Source: Eledone cirrhosa
Taxonomy: Eukaryota
DNA length: 64,000 bases
Assembly: GCA_964016885.1 (NCBI GenBank)
Contig: OZ024742.1
Span: forward strand, 93,806,001-93,870,000
Reading direction: 5' to 3'
Of this stretch, positions 39,076-53,454 are shown piece after piece. Each line of letters opens with the position of its first letter. Within the stretch, counting starts at the first letter, position 1. A model generated the notes under the pieces. The model did not search any database and was not told the DNA's origin. It worked only from the letters and a program-made list of their open reading frames with translations. A program made the position numbers and the translations under genes.

Positions 39076-40327
39076 ATCAATATATATATGTATATGTAAA
39101 TGTAGTGTGTATGTATATAATAATAAGCAGGTGGGAACAAGTATTAATTTAGCATCTTATACATATTTTATTGAAACTTAACGTAACGTGTGTTTCACAA
39201 TCAATCAGCTCAATATAGGTTATTTATATATAGATAGATATAGAGATATAAATATATAAACGTGGCTATGTATACATATATATATATATATATCTCAACA
39301 ATTAAGCTATCTCTCTCTATACTTTCTTTTTTTCTTTTTTACGTCCACTTTTCCCTGCTTGCAAGGGTGGGATAGGAACTGATTCTGGCTTGATTTCTAC
39401 AGCTGGATGTCCTTCCTAACACCAACATCATTTACAGTGAGTGCTGGGTGCTTTTTTGCCGTGGCACCTCTACGACCACTTTGCAGTGGAATGATAGGGA
39501 CCCAGTCCCTATCATCCCATTTCTACAGCTGAGTAAACTGTAGCAATGTGAAATAAAGTGTCTTGCTCAAGGAAACAACACATCACCCGGTCTGAGAATT
39601 GAACTCACAACCTTTCGATTGCAAAGCCAATGCTCTAACCACTAAAACATGTGATATATATATGTGTGTGTATATATACAGAGAGAGAAAAAGGGAGGGA
39701 GAGAGAAATTAAGTTTTGAGATTTTTTAGTCTGGAGTTTCACCTGTGAGGTCACAGGATATTCTGACAAGACTAAATTTTCAAGAGCAGGGACAGTATGA
39801 ATGAAGATCCTCATTTCTTCCTCTCTCTTTCTCTCTCTTCGTTCCCATTATATTTTTATTCTACTACTTTTTGTTTTTTCTTTTTTTCCTTTTCCTTCTC
39901 TTTCTATTCCTGTCCCTTCCTGTTTCCTCATTACTCCTTTCTTCCACCCGACGATACCTTTTCCTCTTTCCTTGCCAACTCTTTTGATTTTCTCTCTATT
40001 CTTCCTCACTCCTTGGTCTCCTCACATTTTATCATTTTTTCTTTCTTATTTCTTTTTCTTTTTCACCTTCCTTCTTTCCCTTATATCTCATAGCCTCGGG
40101 ACACGGTCATTCGACCAATCTTGCCTCAAGTGGGACAATTCCCGTCTAACCCATGCTAGCATGGAAGATAGACGTTAAACGATGATGATGATGGTGATGA
40201 TGATATACCTATATATATATGGCCAACTGAATACGCACATGTGTTTTTTTTTTCTCCCCAATTTTTTTCTCATTTTCCACATTCCTTCCTCTCATCATTC
40301 TTTATCTTCTATTTCTAACTCTATTTT

Positions 40328-40351
40328 CTGATGAAGGACTATTGTCCGAAA
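40328..40351 (+). ncRNA. Decayed HHR core (probable PLE pLTR remnant)
   Basis: CTGATGA-A-GGAC(tatt)GTCC-GAAA; stems I and III degraded. Confidence 0.45.
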
Positions 40352-40445
40352 TTTTAAGACTCTCTTCCTGCTATTTCAAGCATTAAGCTAATATACTTCT
40401 TCCATGTAGTGTGCCACTTGTTTCGTTATTTTTGTTATTACTTTT

Positions 40446-40486
<41 letters not shown>

Positions 40487-41543
40487 AACCCAGATTCATT
40501 GCAAGCAGGCATGTCTCCATGAATACAAAATTCATAATACACATTTTTCTCTTTTTTTACAAAAAGTACACAAACCCTACCCCATCTACATAACTGCCAG
40601 GAACAACAAAAACCATGACCAAACACAACTACAAAACCATCCTGACTAAATATCACCACAGCCACCATCATCACCAAAGGCAACAACAACACCACCACAT
40701 ACAACAACAACAACAACAACAAAAAAAACCTTCATCTTCACCAGCACCATCACCAACCAAAGACAACATTACCACTATTACAGTAACAGTTGCAATAAAA
40801 CCACCACCAACAACAACATCATCAATATCTTGATGATAAAAATGAGGATGGCCACCATCACTATCACCATCACCACTCACAAGAACAGTAATAACAACAA
40901 TAACAAACAAGAAAAATAACATCAACATTAAAAGCCTCAGCAACCAACAATAACTAACTGAAATCTAGTTAGAAGCAGAAGGAAGACTTTAACAGATTAT
41001 TGCTCCCCAATCTAGAATCTTTTAACATAAAGTATGTGTGAAAATCACCTCATTTCTGCTCTTTGATTCAGTAAAAGAAAGAAAAAAATATAGAATGATG
41101 GGATTTCTTCTTCTTCTTCTTCTTCTTCTTCTTCTTCTTCTTCTCCCTCACCACTGCCATCACCACCACCACTTTCATAATCCCCCTTCTCCTCCCCCTC
41201 CTCCTCATCATCATCACCATCATCGTTGTCATCATCATCAACATCAACACTATCAACATCATCAGCATCATCAACACCATCATCATCATTGTTATCATCA
41301 TCATCCCCACCACCACTATCATCCTTATTATTATTATCTATGATGCTATATTCTCTTTGAATAACACCAGTATTTTAAGGGCTATTATTTATATATTGCT
41401 TCCAAATTTGCCTTATCCCATTTGAGTTATAAACACATGTTTGTATGTAGGTAGACTATCATCATCATTGTAAGCATTTAACTTCCTTTTTTTCCCCTGT
41501 TGTCAAGAGTTGGTCTCATGGTCTCTCTCTCTCTCTCTCTCTC

Positions 41544-41604
<61 letters not shown>

Positions 41605-41696
41605 GTATATATATATATATACGTGTGTGTATGTGTGTGTTCATGTGTGTTTATATGCAACTGTGTTTATTTGTATGTGTCCATAGTTAGGTTCAA

Positions 41697-41755
<59 letters not shown>

Positions 41756-42323
41756 TATATATATATATGCACGCCAAAATTGAAACATACATACCTAGAT
41801 ACTTACATATGCACTCACCTAGATTCATACATGTACACACACTTCTACATACATTGATATACGCCTCATATAAACATACACCTATATGAATATACACACA
41901 AAATAGGCTTTTTATGCTATGTTATCACTTTGTGCCTTACTTTCTGTTCCATACACCCTATAATCCTTTGAAATAGTAATAAATGATACACTAAAAAATG
42001 AAATAGATATAAAATGCATTATGTATTAATAATACATAGATAATATTTATTCATAATATATATATATTTAATGCAAAACATAACATATATTCACAATTTC
42101 TATTTCTATTTCCGTTTCTTTTGCTTTTGATTCTATTTTGTTCTAGAAATTTCTGTAACATTTTGTTCTTCAAAGATGACTTATGATTCTGGGTGAAAAA
42201 ATATATACATATACATAAGTACACATTTACACAAACAAACACTCATCTGTCGTACTTGAAACATCGGAAGTATGTAAATCTCTTCTTTTATTTCCAACTA
42301 TATATATGTTACATTAATTATGT

Positions 42324-42535
42324 AGATTGGCAGTATCGATAGAGTGTCGAACAACATGCTTCACAGCATAGAGTTACGGCCCTTTATGTTCTGTGTTCAA
42401 ATCCTGCCATGGTTAGCTTTGCATTTCATCCTTACAGGGTCAATAAAATAAAGCACCAGTAGTGTGCTGGGGTCAATTAAACGACTTTCCCCTCCCCCCA
42501 ACATTATTGGCCTAGTGCTTAAATCAGAAACCATT
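42324..42535 (+). mobile_element. SINE family A
   Basis: A/B boxes and body. Confidence 0.88.
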
Positions 42536-42647
42536 AATTACATTATTCTTCAGGTCATATAATTTTACTTAAGGTTATTCTCATTCTGTAAAGGCTCTTG
42601 TCTCTCCCTTTCATATGTTTTCCCTACTCCTCAATTGGTGCAGTAAA

Positions 42648-42697
42648 TACTACTACTACTACTACTACTACTGCTACTACTACTGCTGCTGCTCCTG

Positions 42698-42729
<32 letters not shown>

Positions 42730-42759
42730 ACTACTACTGCTGCTCTGCTGCTGCTGCTG

Positions 42760-42851
<92 letters not shown>

Positions 42852-42903
42852 ACTACTACTACTGCTGCTGCTGCTACTGCTACTACTACTACTACTACTA
42901 CTA
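42648..42903. repeat. (CTA)n/(CTG)n compound microsatellite
   Basis: Directly visible. Confidence 0.95.
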
Positions 42904-43089
42904 ACTGTTGCTATGGGCCTGATTGTTGTTTTGTATGGCAAATGGACTACAAGGGTAGAGCATTCTTAAACGATCACGTGAACTCTCGTCTTTATTTGAG
43001 ACATGGAAAACCAACACCAATCATCTCTAACTCCCCTCCCTAGGTTTTCATCTTCTTCCTCTTACTCAAAAAGTGAACTGTATAACTCA

Positions 43090-43245
43090 GAGCTGGCACC
43101 ATCAATGTAAGAATGATGAAAGGAAGATCAGGAGAAATTGTACAGATGCTAGAGAGAGAGATGGATAGATAAGGTAATTGCTGTAAATAAAGTAAACAGC
43201 AGAATCATTAAATTTAGACTAGTCCTATATAGAACAACTGTAACG
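43090..43245 (+). pseudogene. APE endonuclease N-terminal fragment of an RTE-like LINE
   Basis: Translates GTINVRMMKGRSGEIVQMLER. Confidence 0.55.
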
Positions 43246-43249
43246 ATTT

Positions 43250-43309
<60 letters not shown>

Positions 43310-44201
43310 CACGCCTATCGAGACTGTCAGATGAACTAAAAGATAGGTTTCACAAATCCCTAATCCCCACTACTTATCCAACATGCGAGAGAGACTTCAT
43401 AATTATCCACTGATAAACAAGGATGAGCTGACTAACAGTAGCAGTCTGGACCCCATAAGAAGAGCTGGATACATTTAAATAGTGATTTTCTGTTCTGTGA
43501 ATATGAAGGTGCATGGCTTAGTTAGGCTTTTCAGATCACACATCATGTCTAATTCATGGTTCCACATCATTTCCTTGAGCGAAACACTTTATGTCTTAAT
43601 GATCCAGTCCACTAAGCTGGAAAAATGAGCTGTATCTGTGATTCAAAAGCCAGACTTGTCAGGCACTGTGTCATGCAAAATCTCTCTGAGAATTACATTA
43701 TGTGTACATGTGTTTGGAGAATGCACAAAAAGTTGCATATTAACTTCATGAGTAAACTGTTCTATTTTTCACACAACTGGAAAGCTCATTGTCAGAACAA
43801 ACAGAGGGTCAAGAAACCCCAAACAAAAGTTTTGTGAATGGCATTGAGACACACTATATAGTCATTCCCCCCTCCCTGCTCTCTCTCAGTTTCGATAATG
43901 AAATAACTATGCCACAAGAATGTTGTTACATTGTTGCATGCATGAAACAGAGTGCAGTGAGAGAGGGTGGGGATTTGGTGGAGGTTCTGGTGTGATATGG
44001 TTTTGTGAGTATAATTATGTGGCTAGAGGTAATGAGGGAAGAGTGTACGGTGTGGTATAATAGGTTAGTATATTCATCCACTACACTATGAGAGGCATTA
44101 GTATGAGAGCTGTTAGTTTGAAAAACAAGGAATGGAAGCAGGTATATATATATATATATATGGTTGTGTGTGTGTGTGTGTTTGTGTACATATATTTGTG
44201 C

Positions 44202-44248
<47 letters not shown>

Positions 44249-44345
44249 TATGTGTGTGTGTGTCTGTGTACATATATTTGTGCATGTGTATATATATATA
44301 TATATATGTGTGTGTGTGAGTGTGTCTGTGTACATATATTTGTGC

Positions 44346-44404
<59 letters not shown>

Positions 44405-44613
44405 CAAACATACATGCGTGTATATACTCCATAAGGAATATACTGATAATCACATGCAATAATGTATTGTACAGAAAATTTGTATTAAGTTCTAATCCAA
44501 TCTAAATTAAATATTACACAAACACATGCACACACACACACACTCACAGACACACACACACACACACACTCACACATGCACACACACTCACACTTACTCA
44601 AACACACATACAC

Positions 44614-44646
<33 letters not shown>

Positions 44647-44655
44647 CATATGCAT

Positions 44656-44700
<45 letters not shown>

Positions 44701-45310
44701 CATGCATATATACATACAAAGAAACATACAATAATACCTCAATTCCTCTATTGCTCCATTCACAATAAGTCTCTTTCTCCAGAAAATAAAATGCCTCAGG
44801 TCATAAAATAGCAGACATGTCACAGAGAAGCCGGATATTCCAATTTTAATCAGGGAAACTGTTTTGAAATTTCCTTGTCGTTAAATTAATGAGGAGCAGA
44901 CATGGAAACATGGAATTTAAGAAAATCAAATCCTTACATCTAATTTCACTTCATTTATTGATTATATATTCTCCCAGTTATCATCAGAATTTCTATCTGC
45001 CACTCCTCTTCTCTCCCTCTCATTCTCTTTCTACCTCTCTGCCTGTCAATCTCTCCCTCATTCCTTATTTCTCTCTGTATCTTTCTGTCAGTTATTCTCT
45101 CTCTCTCTCCCCCTCCCCCATTTCCTTCTCTTCTCTCCCATCATTTACTGATACTGATAGGAAATGTTAATTTTATATCAGTGTTCCATGTTTTCAGGAT
45201 TGAATCAAGAGTAAATTGTAGAGAACAATTTAAGAAAAGATATTATTATCACCTTGTTTCCTCTCATTGGCACACAAAGACATAGACACACACATACACA
45301 CACACATACA

Positions 45311-45364
<54 letters not shown>

Positions 45365-45365
<1 letters not shown>

Positions 45366-48300
45366 TCATTGCTGAGTGCTATGCAAGCATTTTTACTGTT
45401 GAAAACCAGAATGTACCATCTCCATCATCTCTAACATCAAATTCCATAACAACTATGGAATTTACACCTCCAATGCTGACATGTCACCTTAAGAATAAAC
45501 GCAACTATGCCTCCCCTGGTCTTGATGGTGTTACATACGTGCTTCTCAAACGGGGCGGGTACTTCCTTTTGCAGCAGCTTTCTTTCTTTTTTCAATACTG
45601 TCTCAACAATGGTGCTACTCCAGAGCAGTGGAAAACTACCAGTGTCATTCCCCTGTTCAAAAAGGGCAACTGCACGTCACCTGTCAACTATCGTCCAGTC
45701 AGTCTTATTAGCTGTATTGCCAAACTGATGGAATCCTGTGTCAGAGAAACACTTTGGAACTTCTGGAGCTCTCACAGCCTCATCCGGCCCTCACAATTTG
45801 GATTTATCCCTAACTCCAGCTGCTGTGATCAGCTTATCGAGTTCCTTGAAGACATTACCCGGATCACTGATGGCGGCTCATGGGTGAATGTTGTTTACCT
45901 TGACAGGTAGGCTTTTAATTCTGTGCCACACAAAAGACTTATGGCGAAACTCTCTGCAATGAGTGTGAGGGATGATCTTTTTAACTGGTTAAAATCCTTC
46001 ATTCTCAGCCGAAAAGAGGTAGTCATGGTTCTAGGACAGCATTCTTCCCCATATGAGATGTCATCTGGTGTACCACAGGGATCTGTTCTTGGTCCCCTTT
46101 TGTTTTTTGCATACATTAATGACATAGGTGCCAACTTAAAGAATGCCACAGTACTGAAATATGCAGATGACAGGTCTATGGCTGGAGTAGAACCACAAAC
46201 AGGAGGAGAGTGACTTGGTGGTGGAACAATAAGGTAGATGAGGCAGTTAAGGCCAAGAGACAGGCATGGAAAGAATGGAAGAATGGGGAGGAGCAGGGTA
46301 CATTACATAGAGACCAAGAGGGAAGCTAGGCGACAAGTATACTTAGCTAGGAGGGAAGCAGAGGATAGAAAATTCAAGCATGTTTTGCAACGTGAGGACC
46401 AGAAACAGGAGGTGTTCAAGATTGCAAGGCAGTGTGTCAGAGAGAATTGTGATGTCATTGGAGAGAAGTGTATCTGGAATGATAAAGGTGAGCTTGCCCT
46501 CACAAGTGCTGAGAAGAAAGATGCATAGAAGAGTCATTATGATAGATTACTAAATGAGGAGAATGCATGGGAAGAAGAGACCCTACCCCAAGTAGACCCT
46601 CTAGAGGGGCCAGCAGTACAAGTCAGCAGCAGCGTAGTAAGTAAGGCAATCAAAGATATTAAGATGGGGAAGGCAACCGGTCCATCGGGTATAGCTGCCG
46701 AGATGCTGAAGGCATCTAGGTCTGTAGGTCACACTAGAACCACACGTATTGTTAACCAGGTAATACTAGAAGGTGTCATACCAAAGGATTTGTGCAGTAG
46801 CATCATTGTCAAATGCTACAAAGGTAAAGGTGATGCACTCGATAGAGGAAACTATAGAGGTATAAAGCTGATGGACCAGGTCATGAAAGTAACAGAAAGA
46901 GTTATAGCACAGTTGATTAGGGACCGGGTGAAACTAGATGAGATGCAATTTGGGTTTGTACCAGGAAGAGGCAGCACTCATACCCTCTTCCTTGTGAGGC
47001 AGTTACAGGAAAAGTACCTAGCTAAAAGTAAGCCACTCTACCTGGCATTCGTCGATCTCGGGAAAGCCTTTGACAGAGTTCCACGTGTGTAATCTGGTGG
47101 GCTCTTAGAAAACGAGGAGTAGTTGAATGGCTTGTGAAAGCTGTACAAGCCATGTATAGGGGAGTAGTCAGCAAAGTTAGGATTAGCAATGAGTATAGCG
47201 AGGAATTTAGCGTACATGTTGGGGTCCACCAGGGCTCTGTTCTTAGCCCTCTCCTGTTCATCATAGTCCTGCAGGCAATAACGGAGGAGTTTAAGACCAG
47301 ATGCCCATGGTAACTCCTGTATGCTGATGACCTCGCACTTATAGCTGAATCTATGGTAGAACTAGAGAAGAAATTCCAAACGTAGAAGCAGGGACTAGAA
47401 AGAAAGGGTCTCAAAGTCAACATGACAAAGACTAAGGTCCTTGTAAGTAGACGAGAAAACAGAACCCAGATCCCCTCAGGGAAATGGCCTTGCTCAGTAT
47501 GTAGGAAAGGTGTAGGTAGGAACTCCATTCTCTGCCCCAAATGCAAACAATGGGTACACAAGAGTTGTAGCGGGATCTCAGGAAGCTTAATTAAGAATGT
47601 AGGCTTCACATGCAGCAGCTGTACTGGGGCAGCAAACAGCCACAGGAAACAAGTACCACCAATCTCTGAGAGGGCTCTGTAGAGACAGTAGACAGCTTCT
47701 GCTACCTAGGTGACCGAATTAGCAGCGGAGATGGGTGTTCAGAAAGTACAATAACTAGGGTAAGAACGGGATGGAAGAAGTTCAGGGAATTACTGCCACT
47801 GCTAGCTGCAAAAGGCTTCTCCCTCAAAATGAAAGGCAGACTGTATGATGCGTGTATCCGAACAGCAATGTTACATGGTAGTGAGACCTGGGCGCTGAAG
47901 GTGGGAGACTTAAGTATATTAGAGAGAAACGAAGCCTGCATGCTCCGGTGGATGTGTTATAGTAATATACGCGAACGACAAAGCATAAATGAATTGAGAG
48001 AGAGACTGAGCATAAGAGGAATCAAATGCTGTGTGCAGGAGAGGCGGATGCGTTGGTATGGACATGTGATGCGTATGAAGGATGACAGCTGCATAAAAAG
48101 GTGCAGAGCACTAGAAGTCGATGGAAACGCGGAGTGGGGAGACCCAAGATGACCTGGGATGAGGTGATAAAAGCCGACCTTACCCAATTACACCTCTCAA
48201 AGGCGATGACACACGACCGTGACCTCTGGCATCACGCAGTAATACAGAGTACCCAACCTCCCATGGGTACAAGCTGAAGCATATAGACAATATGACCCCC

Positions 48301-49491
48301 CCCCTCCCACTGCAAGGTCGTCGTGGAGGTGCCACGGCAAAAAAGCACCTAGCCCGCACCCAGCCCACACTGTAAAGTGGACGTGTAGGCGCCACGGAAA
48401 ATAAATCACCCAGCACTCACTGTAAATGAGGTTGGTGTTAGGAAGGGCATCCAGCTGTAGAAATCGACCCAAATCAGTTCCTGTATAAGCAAGGCATGGT
48501 CAGCCAACCAGACACTGCCCACAACAGGACAACCCGTCTAACCCATGCTAGCGTGAAAGAAAGGACGTAAAATAGTGATGATGATGATGATGATGACATC
48601 AAGCTGTACCTTGAAATCAACAGGATAGAACCTGAAATCTATAACTCTTTCTTACAATCAGACCTGGACATAATGCAGCAATGGATCACAGACTGGCAGC
48701 TGAAGTTGGCTGTGGACAACTGTACCACCATGCATTTTTGGAGGAAAAATCCAGCGTCCACATACTCCCTCCACAACACTGATATCAAGAAGTCCACTTG
48801 TGAATGTGACCTGGGCATTACTGTCAGCAGCGATTTGCGTTAAACAAAGCACATCTTTAAAATTGTCAAGAAGGTCGAGGGTGCCTTGGCATCACTCAGC
48901 AAGACATTTGTTAGCCCCTCTCCAGCCATCTATTTAAAGCTGTATACAGCTATGATACGACCACACTTGGAATTTGGATCTTCAGTCTGGAACCCCTATC
49001 TTGCTCAGAACATTGACCTCCTGGAAAGTGTTCAGAGACGTGCAACCAAGTGCATACCCTCCACCAGACACCTAACATACTCTGAACGCGTTGCTTCCCT
49101 GGCCATGGATTCATTGAAGCTCCGACATCTGGCAATGGACTTGGTAAACACCCACAAAGTTATTAACCATCTCGCTTTTTGATCTCCATGTGTCTATCAC
49201 ACGTGGACATGCCTACAAAGTCAGAAAACAGCACAGCTCCCATGACTTTCGGAAACATTTTTTCATGCTCAGAGTTGCTGAAGCATGGAACAAACTACCT
49301 GCGTCAGTTGTTAGCTGCCAAGACACTGCATCCTTTAAAACCCTCATGCTTCCCGAAATTCGCCAAAACTACACCTGTGTATATCATGACTCATGCACTG
49401 TTCATTTTCCTGACGTTTGTGCATTACCCTATGTACTATACATACACTTTTGATGAGTTGTAGTGCACCTGAACACATACACAATATTTTC

Positions 49492-49500
<9 letters not shown>
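45365..49500 (+). mobile_element. CR1-type LINE, 5'-truncated, split by an RTE insertion (halves 45365-46172 and 48592-49500)
   Basis: SPGLDG, PLFKKG, NYRPVSL, QFGF, GVPQGSVLGP, KYADD|IKLY, IRPHLEF, VQRRATK, TRGH, WNKLP. Confidence 0.93.
46173..48591 (+). mobile_element. RTE-clade LINE, degenerate, related to 36352-38910
   Basis: Colinear homology including the C4HC3 finger; stops and frameshifts; (GAT)n tail; TSD GATGACA. Confidence 0.95.
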
Positions 49501-49560
<60 letters not shown>

Positions 49561-49561
49561 A

Positions 49562-50597
49562 ATGTAATAAAATATAGAGAAAAATACTGCAGGTAGCACA
49601 TGGATAACATGTAATAAAATGAGTCCCTCATCAGTGATTTGCCGACGATCATAGATATTTCATTGCATTAAAAATCATATACCTCACGTCGGTGCAATAA
49701 TAACTAAAATAAGTTATTAGGACAATTGAAACGCGTAAAGCGAGTGAGACAGGAGAACAACAAAGAGTATAGCTAACCGTAGGGGAAAGAAACAAGCTTC
49801 AAAAATTATTCTGTTTAGCATAAGCTAGGTGAATATATGAGCGTTTTTAGAACAGACCCGACACGAGCGATGGCTATGTGAGAAGAGAGAAAAATAGCCT
49901 TCGTGGTGTACAGGATGAAATGAAGAGAAGAGAAACAGTGAGTGAGTGAAAGTGTGAGGAAGAGTTAACTGACATGACAGAGGGGGAGAAACAGAGAGAA
50001 TGGGGGAACAGTAAGAGAGAGAGAGAAAAAAACACAGAATCGCAATGGTAAATATATGTAATAAAATATAGAGAAAAATACTGCAGGTAGCACATGGATA
50101 ACATGTAATAAAATGAGTCCCTCATCAGGGATTTGCCGACGATCATAGATATTTCATTGCATTAAAAATCATATACCTCACGTCGGTGCAATAGTAACCA
50201 AAATAAGTTATTAGGACAATTGAAACGCGTAAAGCGAGTGAGACAGGAGAACAACAAAGAGTATAGATAACCGTAGGGGAAAGAAACAAGCTTCAAAAAT
50301 TATTCTGTTTAGCATAAGCTAGGTGAATATATGAGCGCTTTTAGAACAGACCCGACACGAGCGATGGCTATGTGAGAAGAGAGAAAAATAGCCTTCGTGG
50401 TGTACAGGATGAAATGAAGAGAAGAGAAACAGTGAGTGAGTGAAAGTGTGAGGAAGAGTTAACTGACATGACAGAGGGGGAGAAACAGAGAGAATGGGGG
50501 AACAGTAAGAGATAGAGAGAAAAAAACACAGAATCGCAGTGGTAAATATATGTAATAAAATATAGAGAAAAATACTGCAGGTAGCACATGGATAACA

Positions 50598-50599
<2 letters not shown>
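49562..50599. repeat. Tandem array of 2 x 494 bp plus 50 bp, between (TA)n tracts
   Basis: CTGCAGGTAG recurs at 49587, 50081 and 50575; units nearly identical. Confidence 0.93.
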
Positions 50600-50633
<34 letters not shown>

Positions 50634-52200
50634 CCATGACAAAATGTGCCCAGCCCACACTGTAAAGTGGTCATATTGGTGCCACAATAAAAGGGACACA
50701 GTCCACACTGTAAATGTAGTTGGTCTCAGGAAGGGCATCAGGCTGTAGAAACCAACCCAAAAACAGTCCTGTGTGACAACCCGTCTAACCCATGGTAATG
50801 TGGAAAATGGACATTAAACAGTGATGATGATGATGATGATATATAGTTGTCCTTACCACCCTCTAATTGTGCCACATTTGAGACAAATTATCAAGTCATC
50901 TGCCCCGCGCCCATAGTGTAGAGGAATTTTTTTTAAGATGTGTGAATGACTAACAAACTCATTAGCATTGGTGCCATGACAAAATGCATCCAGTACACTC
51001 TGTAAAATTATTTGTCATAGTAAAGGCATCAACTATAGAAATCTTGCCAAACAAAAGCTCAGGAGAACTATTCAATTATGTCAAAGACATGACAAGCTTC
51101 CTAGTGCTAGTGCTATGAGAAAACACACCCACTAGACTCCATAATGAGATGTGTACCCCAGCATAAAGTTTAGGCAAGTGTTAGTATCATTTTCTTGATT
51201 TTGGGAGGTGGATGGATAGAGCATCAGATAAAAGGCTTTCTGTTATTTGTTCCAGTTCTTTGAGTTCAAATACTGCTATGGTCAATTTTACATTTCATCC
51301 TTCTGGGACCAATAAAATATATTCCAGTATATTACTGAGATCAATATTATCAACTTTCCTACTCACAAAAGTTTCTGTCCTTGTGCCTAAATTAGAAATC
51401 ATTAGAACTCCTGGTGTTTGTGGTCCATGGACCCTTGTCTGTCTTTGCTAAATTGGGATGGCGGTATTACATTTGCAGAAGTAGCCCCATGAGCTTGGAT
51501 AGCTAATGCAGCAAGTATCATTGGTGTTTCCTGCAGTAATGCTCGTAACATCTTATCCACGGAGCATAGCAGAGAAATACTGTATAGCTAAAAATGTCAA
51601 GCCCCCTTATTATCCCCCTCATATTTTTTCCTATCTTTTTCTTTTTCTTTCTCTTTCTGGTCTTGTATGAATTTAATTTAGCATAGTTACACTATATAAT
51701 AAATGTCTAAACTGGCTGCCACTAGGAAAGGCACCCAGTCATAAAACATGGCTTCAAAACGGACCATGACAGATTCTAAGACAAACTTCATTCTTGTCAT
51801 AGAATCTGCAAGACTAACAATCTCTGCTTTAGCAGGGGAAAATCCTTAAAATTGCTTTTGTTGCCATTATATCAAATAAAATTCTATAACCACTTAAAAA
51901 CTTGACCTTCTCTATTAATTATATTGAATTGACACTATCACACATACATCCTCACGAAAACCATTGTTGGCATTATTTGCATTTTTTTTTACTGGCAAAA
52001 TTGTCAGATAGCCCAAAAGCATGATGGTTGGTATTGGGGATCCATATGGATCATTTGGTGTCAGTTGCTCCTCATAGGACCCTCTTGAAGATGTCTGAAG
52101 ACTCTGCACCTAATAATCCTCTAAGGAAGAAGAAGAAAAGAAGAAGAAGAAGATATGGCTTACCTTGTTACTAATGCTAGTGCTGCAGCTATTCGAAATA

Positions 52201-52520
52201 ATTTCTGATTTAGGCACAAGGCCAACAATTTGTGGGGTGGGGTGGGTGGGGGGTGAGGAGAGTTTATTAGATCGCCCCAATGCATTACAGATACTTTATT
52301 TTATCGATCCTGGAAGGATGAAAGGCAAAACTAACCTCAGTGAGATTTACACCCAGAACATAAAGGAACATAACTATATCTTGTGAAGTATGGCGTCGGA
52401 TGCTCTATTGATGCTGCTACTACAAATAACTGTTTCTACTTTTGACACAAGGCCAGCAATTACCGAGTGCATTACTGGTACTTCATTTTATAAGGATGAA
52501 AGGCAAAGTCAACCTCGGCA
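52201..52520 (-). mobile_element. SINE family A copy plus partial copy
   Basis: Conserved body. Confidence 0.8.
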
Positions 52521-53087
52521 TAATACCAACAACATTGGAATCTAAAAACATTCCCATACCACTCCTGCTATCAACTCACTTCCTCCTCCACCTTCTCCTC
52601 TCCTCCTCCCCTGCCTACTTCTCCTCTCCTCCTCCTCCTCTAACTCCTGGGTCTCCTCAGTTCCCTTTATCATCACAATCATCATCATTAGAATCGTTGT
52701 TTTCATCCCCACCACCACCACCACCATCACCATCATCATCATCACCACCACCACAACCAACATCATCATCATCACATGCTTCATCATTATCATTATCATC
52801 AGTTAGATTTGCATCACCTTTCACTCATCTTCAATTCACCTTTCCTTTTTTCCTCCAGACATCTTTATATCTGCAGTGGACAAAGCAATATTTACAGCAA
52901 ATATTCAATTTTCTCCCCTTCCTCTTCTTTTCAAAAATGAATGCATCTTATTTAAAATGTCTTCAAGGAAATTTCACAATGAAATCATTTTTAGTTTAAA
53001 TAGTTCTTGCTTAATTATTTGATTAAATCATTGTGGATAGACGTAGAATATTGAGAAGATTTAATTAACTTTTACTCACACAGTTAC

Positions 53088-53159
53088 TCAACTGCAGTAA
53101 CTGCACTGTATACGTTGGTAAGATCTTTCAGGAAATTTTCCTTAAAGTAACTACACACC
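53088..53159 (-). CDS. Candidate coding exon of unknown host gene (72 bp, phase 2-2)
   Basis: catttag| ... |gtaact; (W)VCSYFKENFLKDLTNVYSAVTAV, in frame with the 54324-54484 exon. Confidence 0.5.
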
Positions 53160-53454
53160 CTAAATGTACCATCATCATCATTTTCGTCATCTTCGTTACC
53201 GTTCTTGATGTATAAAAAATGTTTGATTTAAAAAAAAAAATATTTTCTATTTTCTCCTTTATCAATTGAGTAAAATGTTTTTGTACAAAATGAGGAAATT
53301 CTTTTTTTGAACATATCTTTTTCAAGAAATATCTTTTGTTTTATATTATATTTTTTTCTTAATAATTCTAAACTCAATAAACTTGATAAATGTACTCGTA
53401 TGTACGTACATATATACAAATATATGTATGTATATTTTTGAATATATATATATA

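Noticed and set aside
51948-52109. Minus-strand exon candidate (VQSLQTSS...)
   Set aside because: It needs an extra speculative mini-exon to fit the phase; no motif support.
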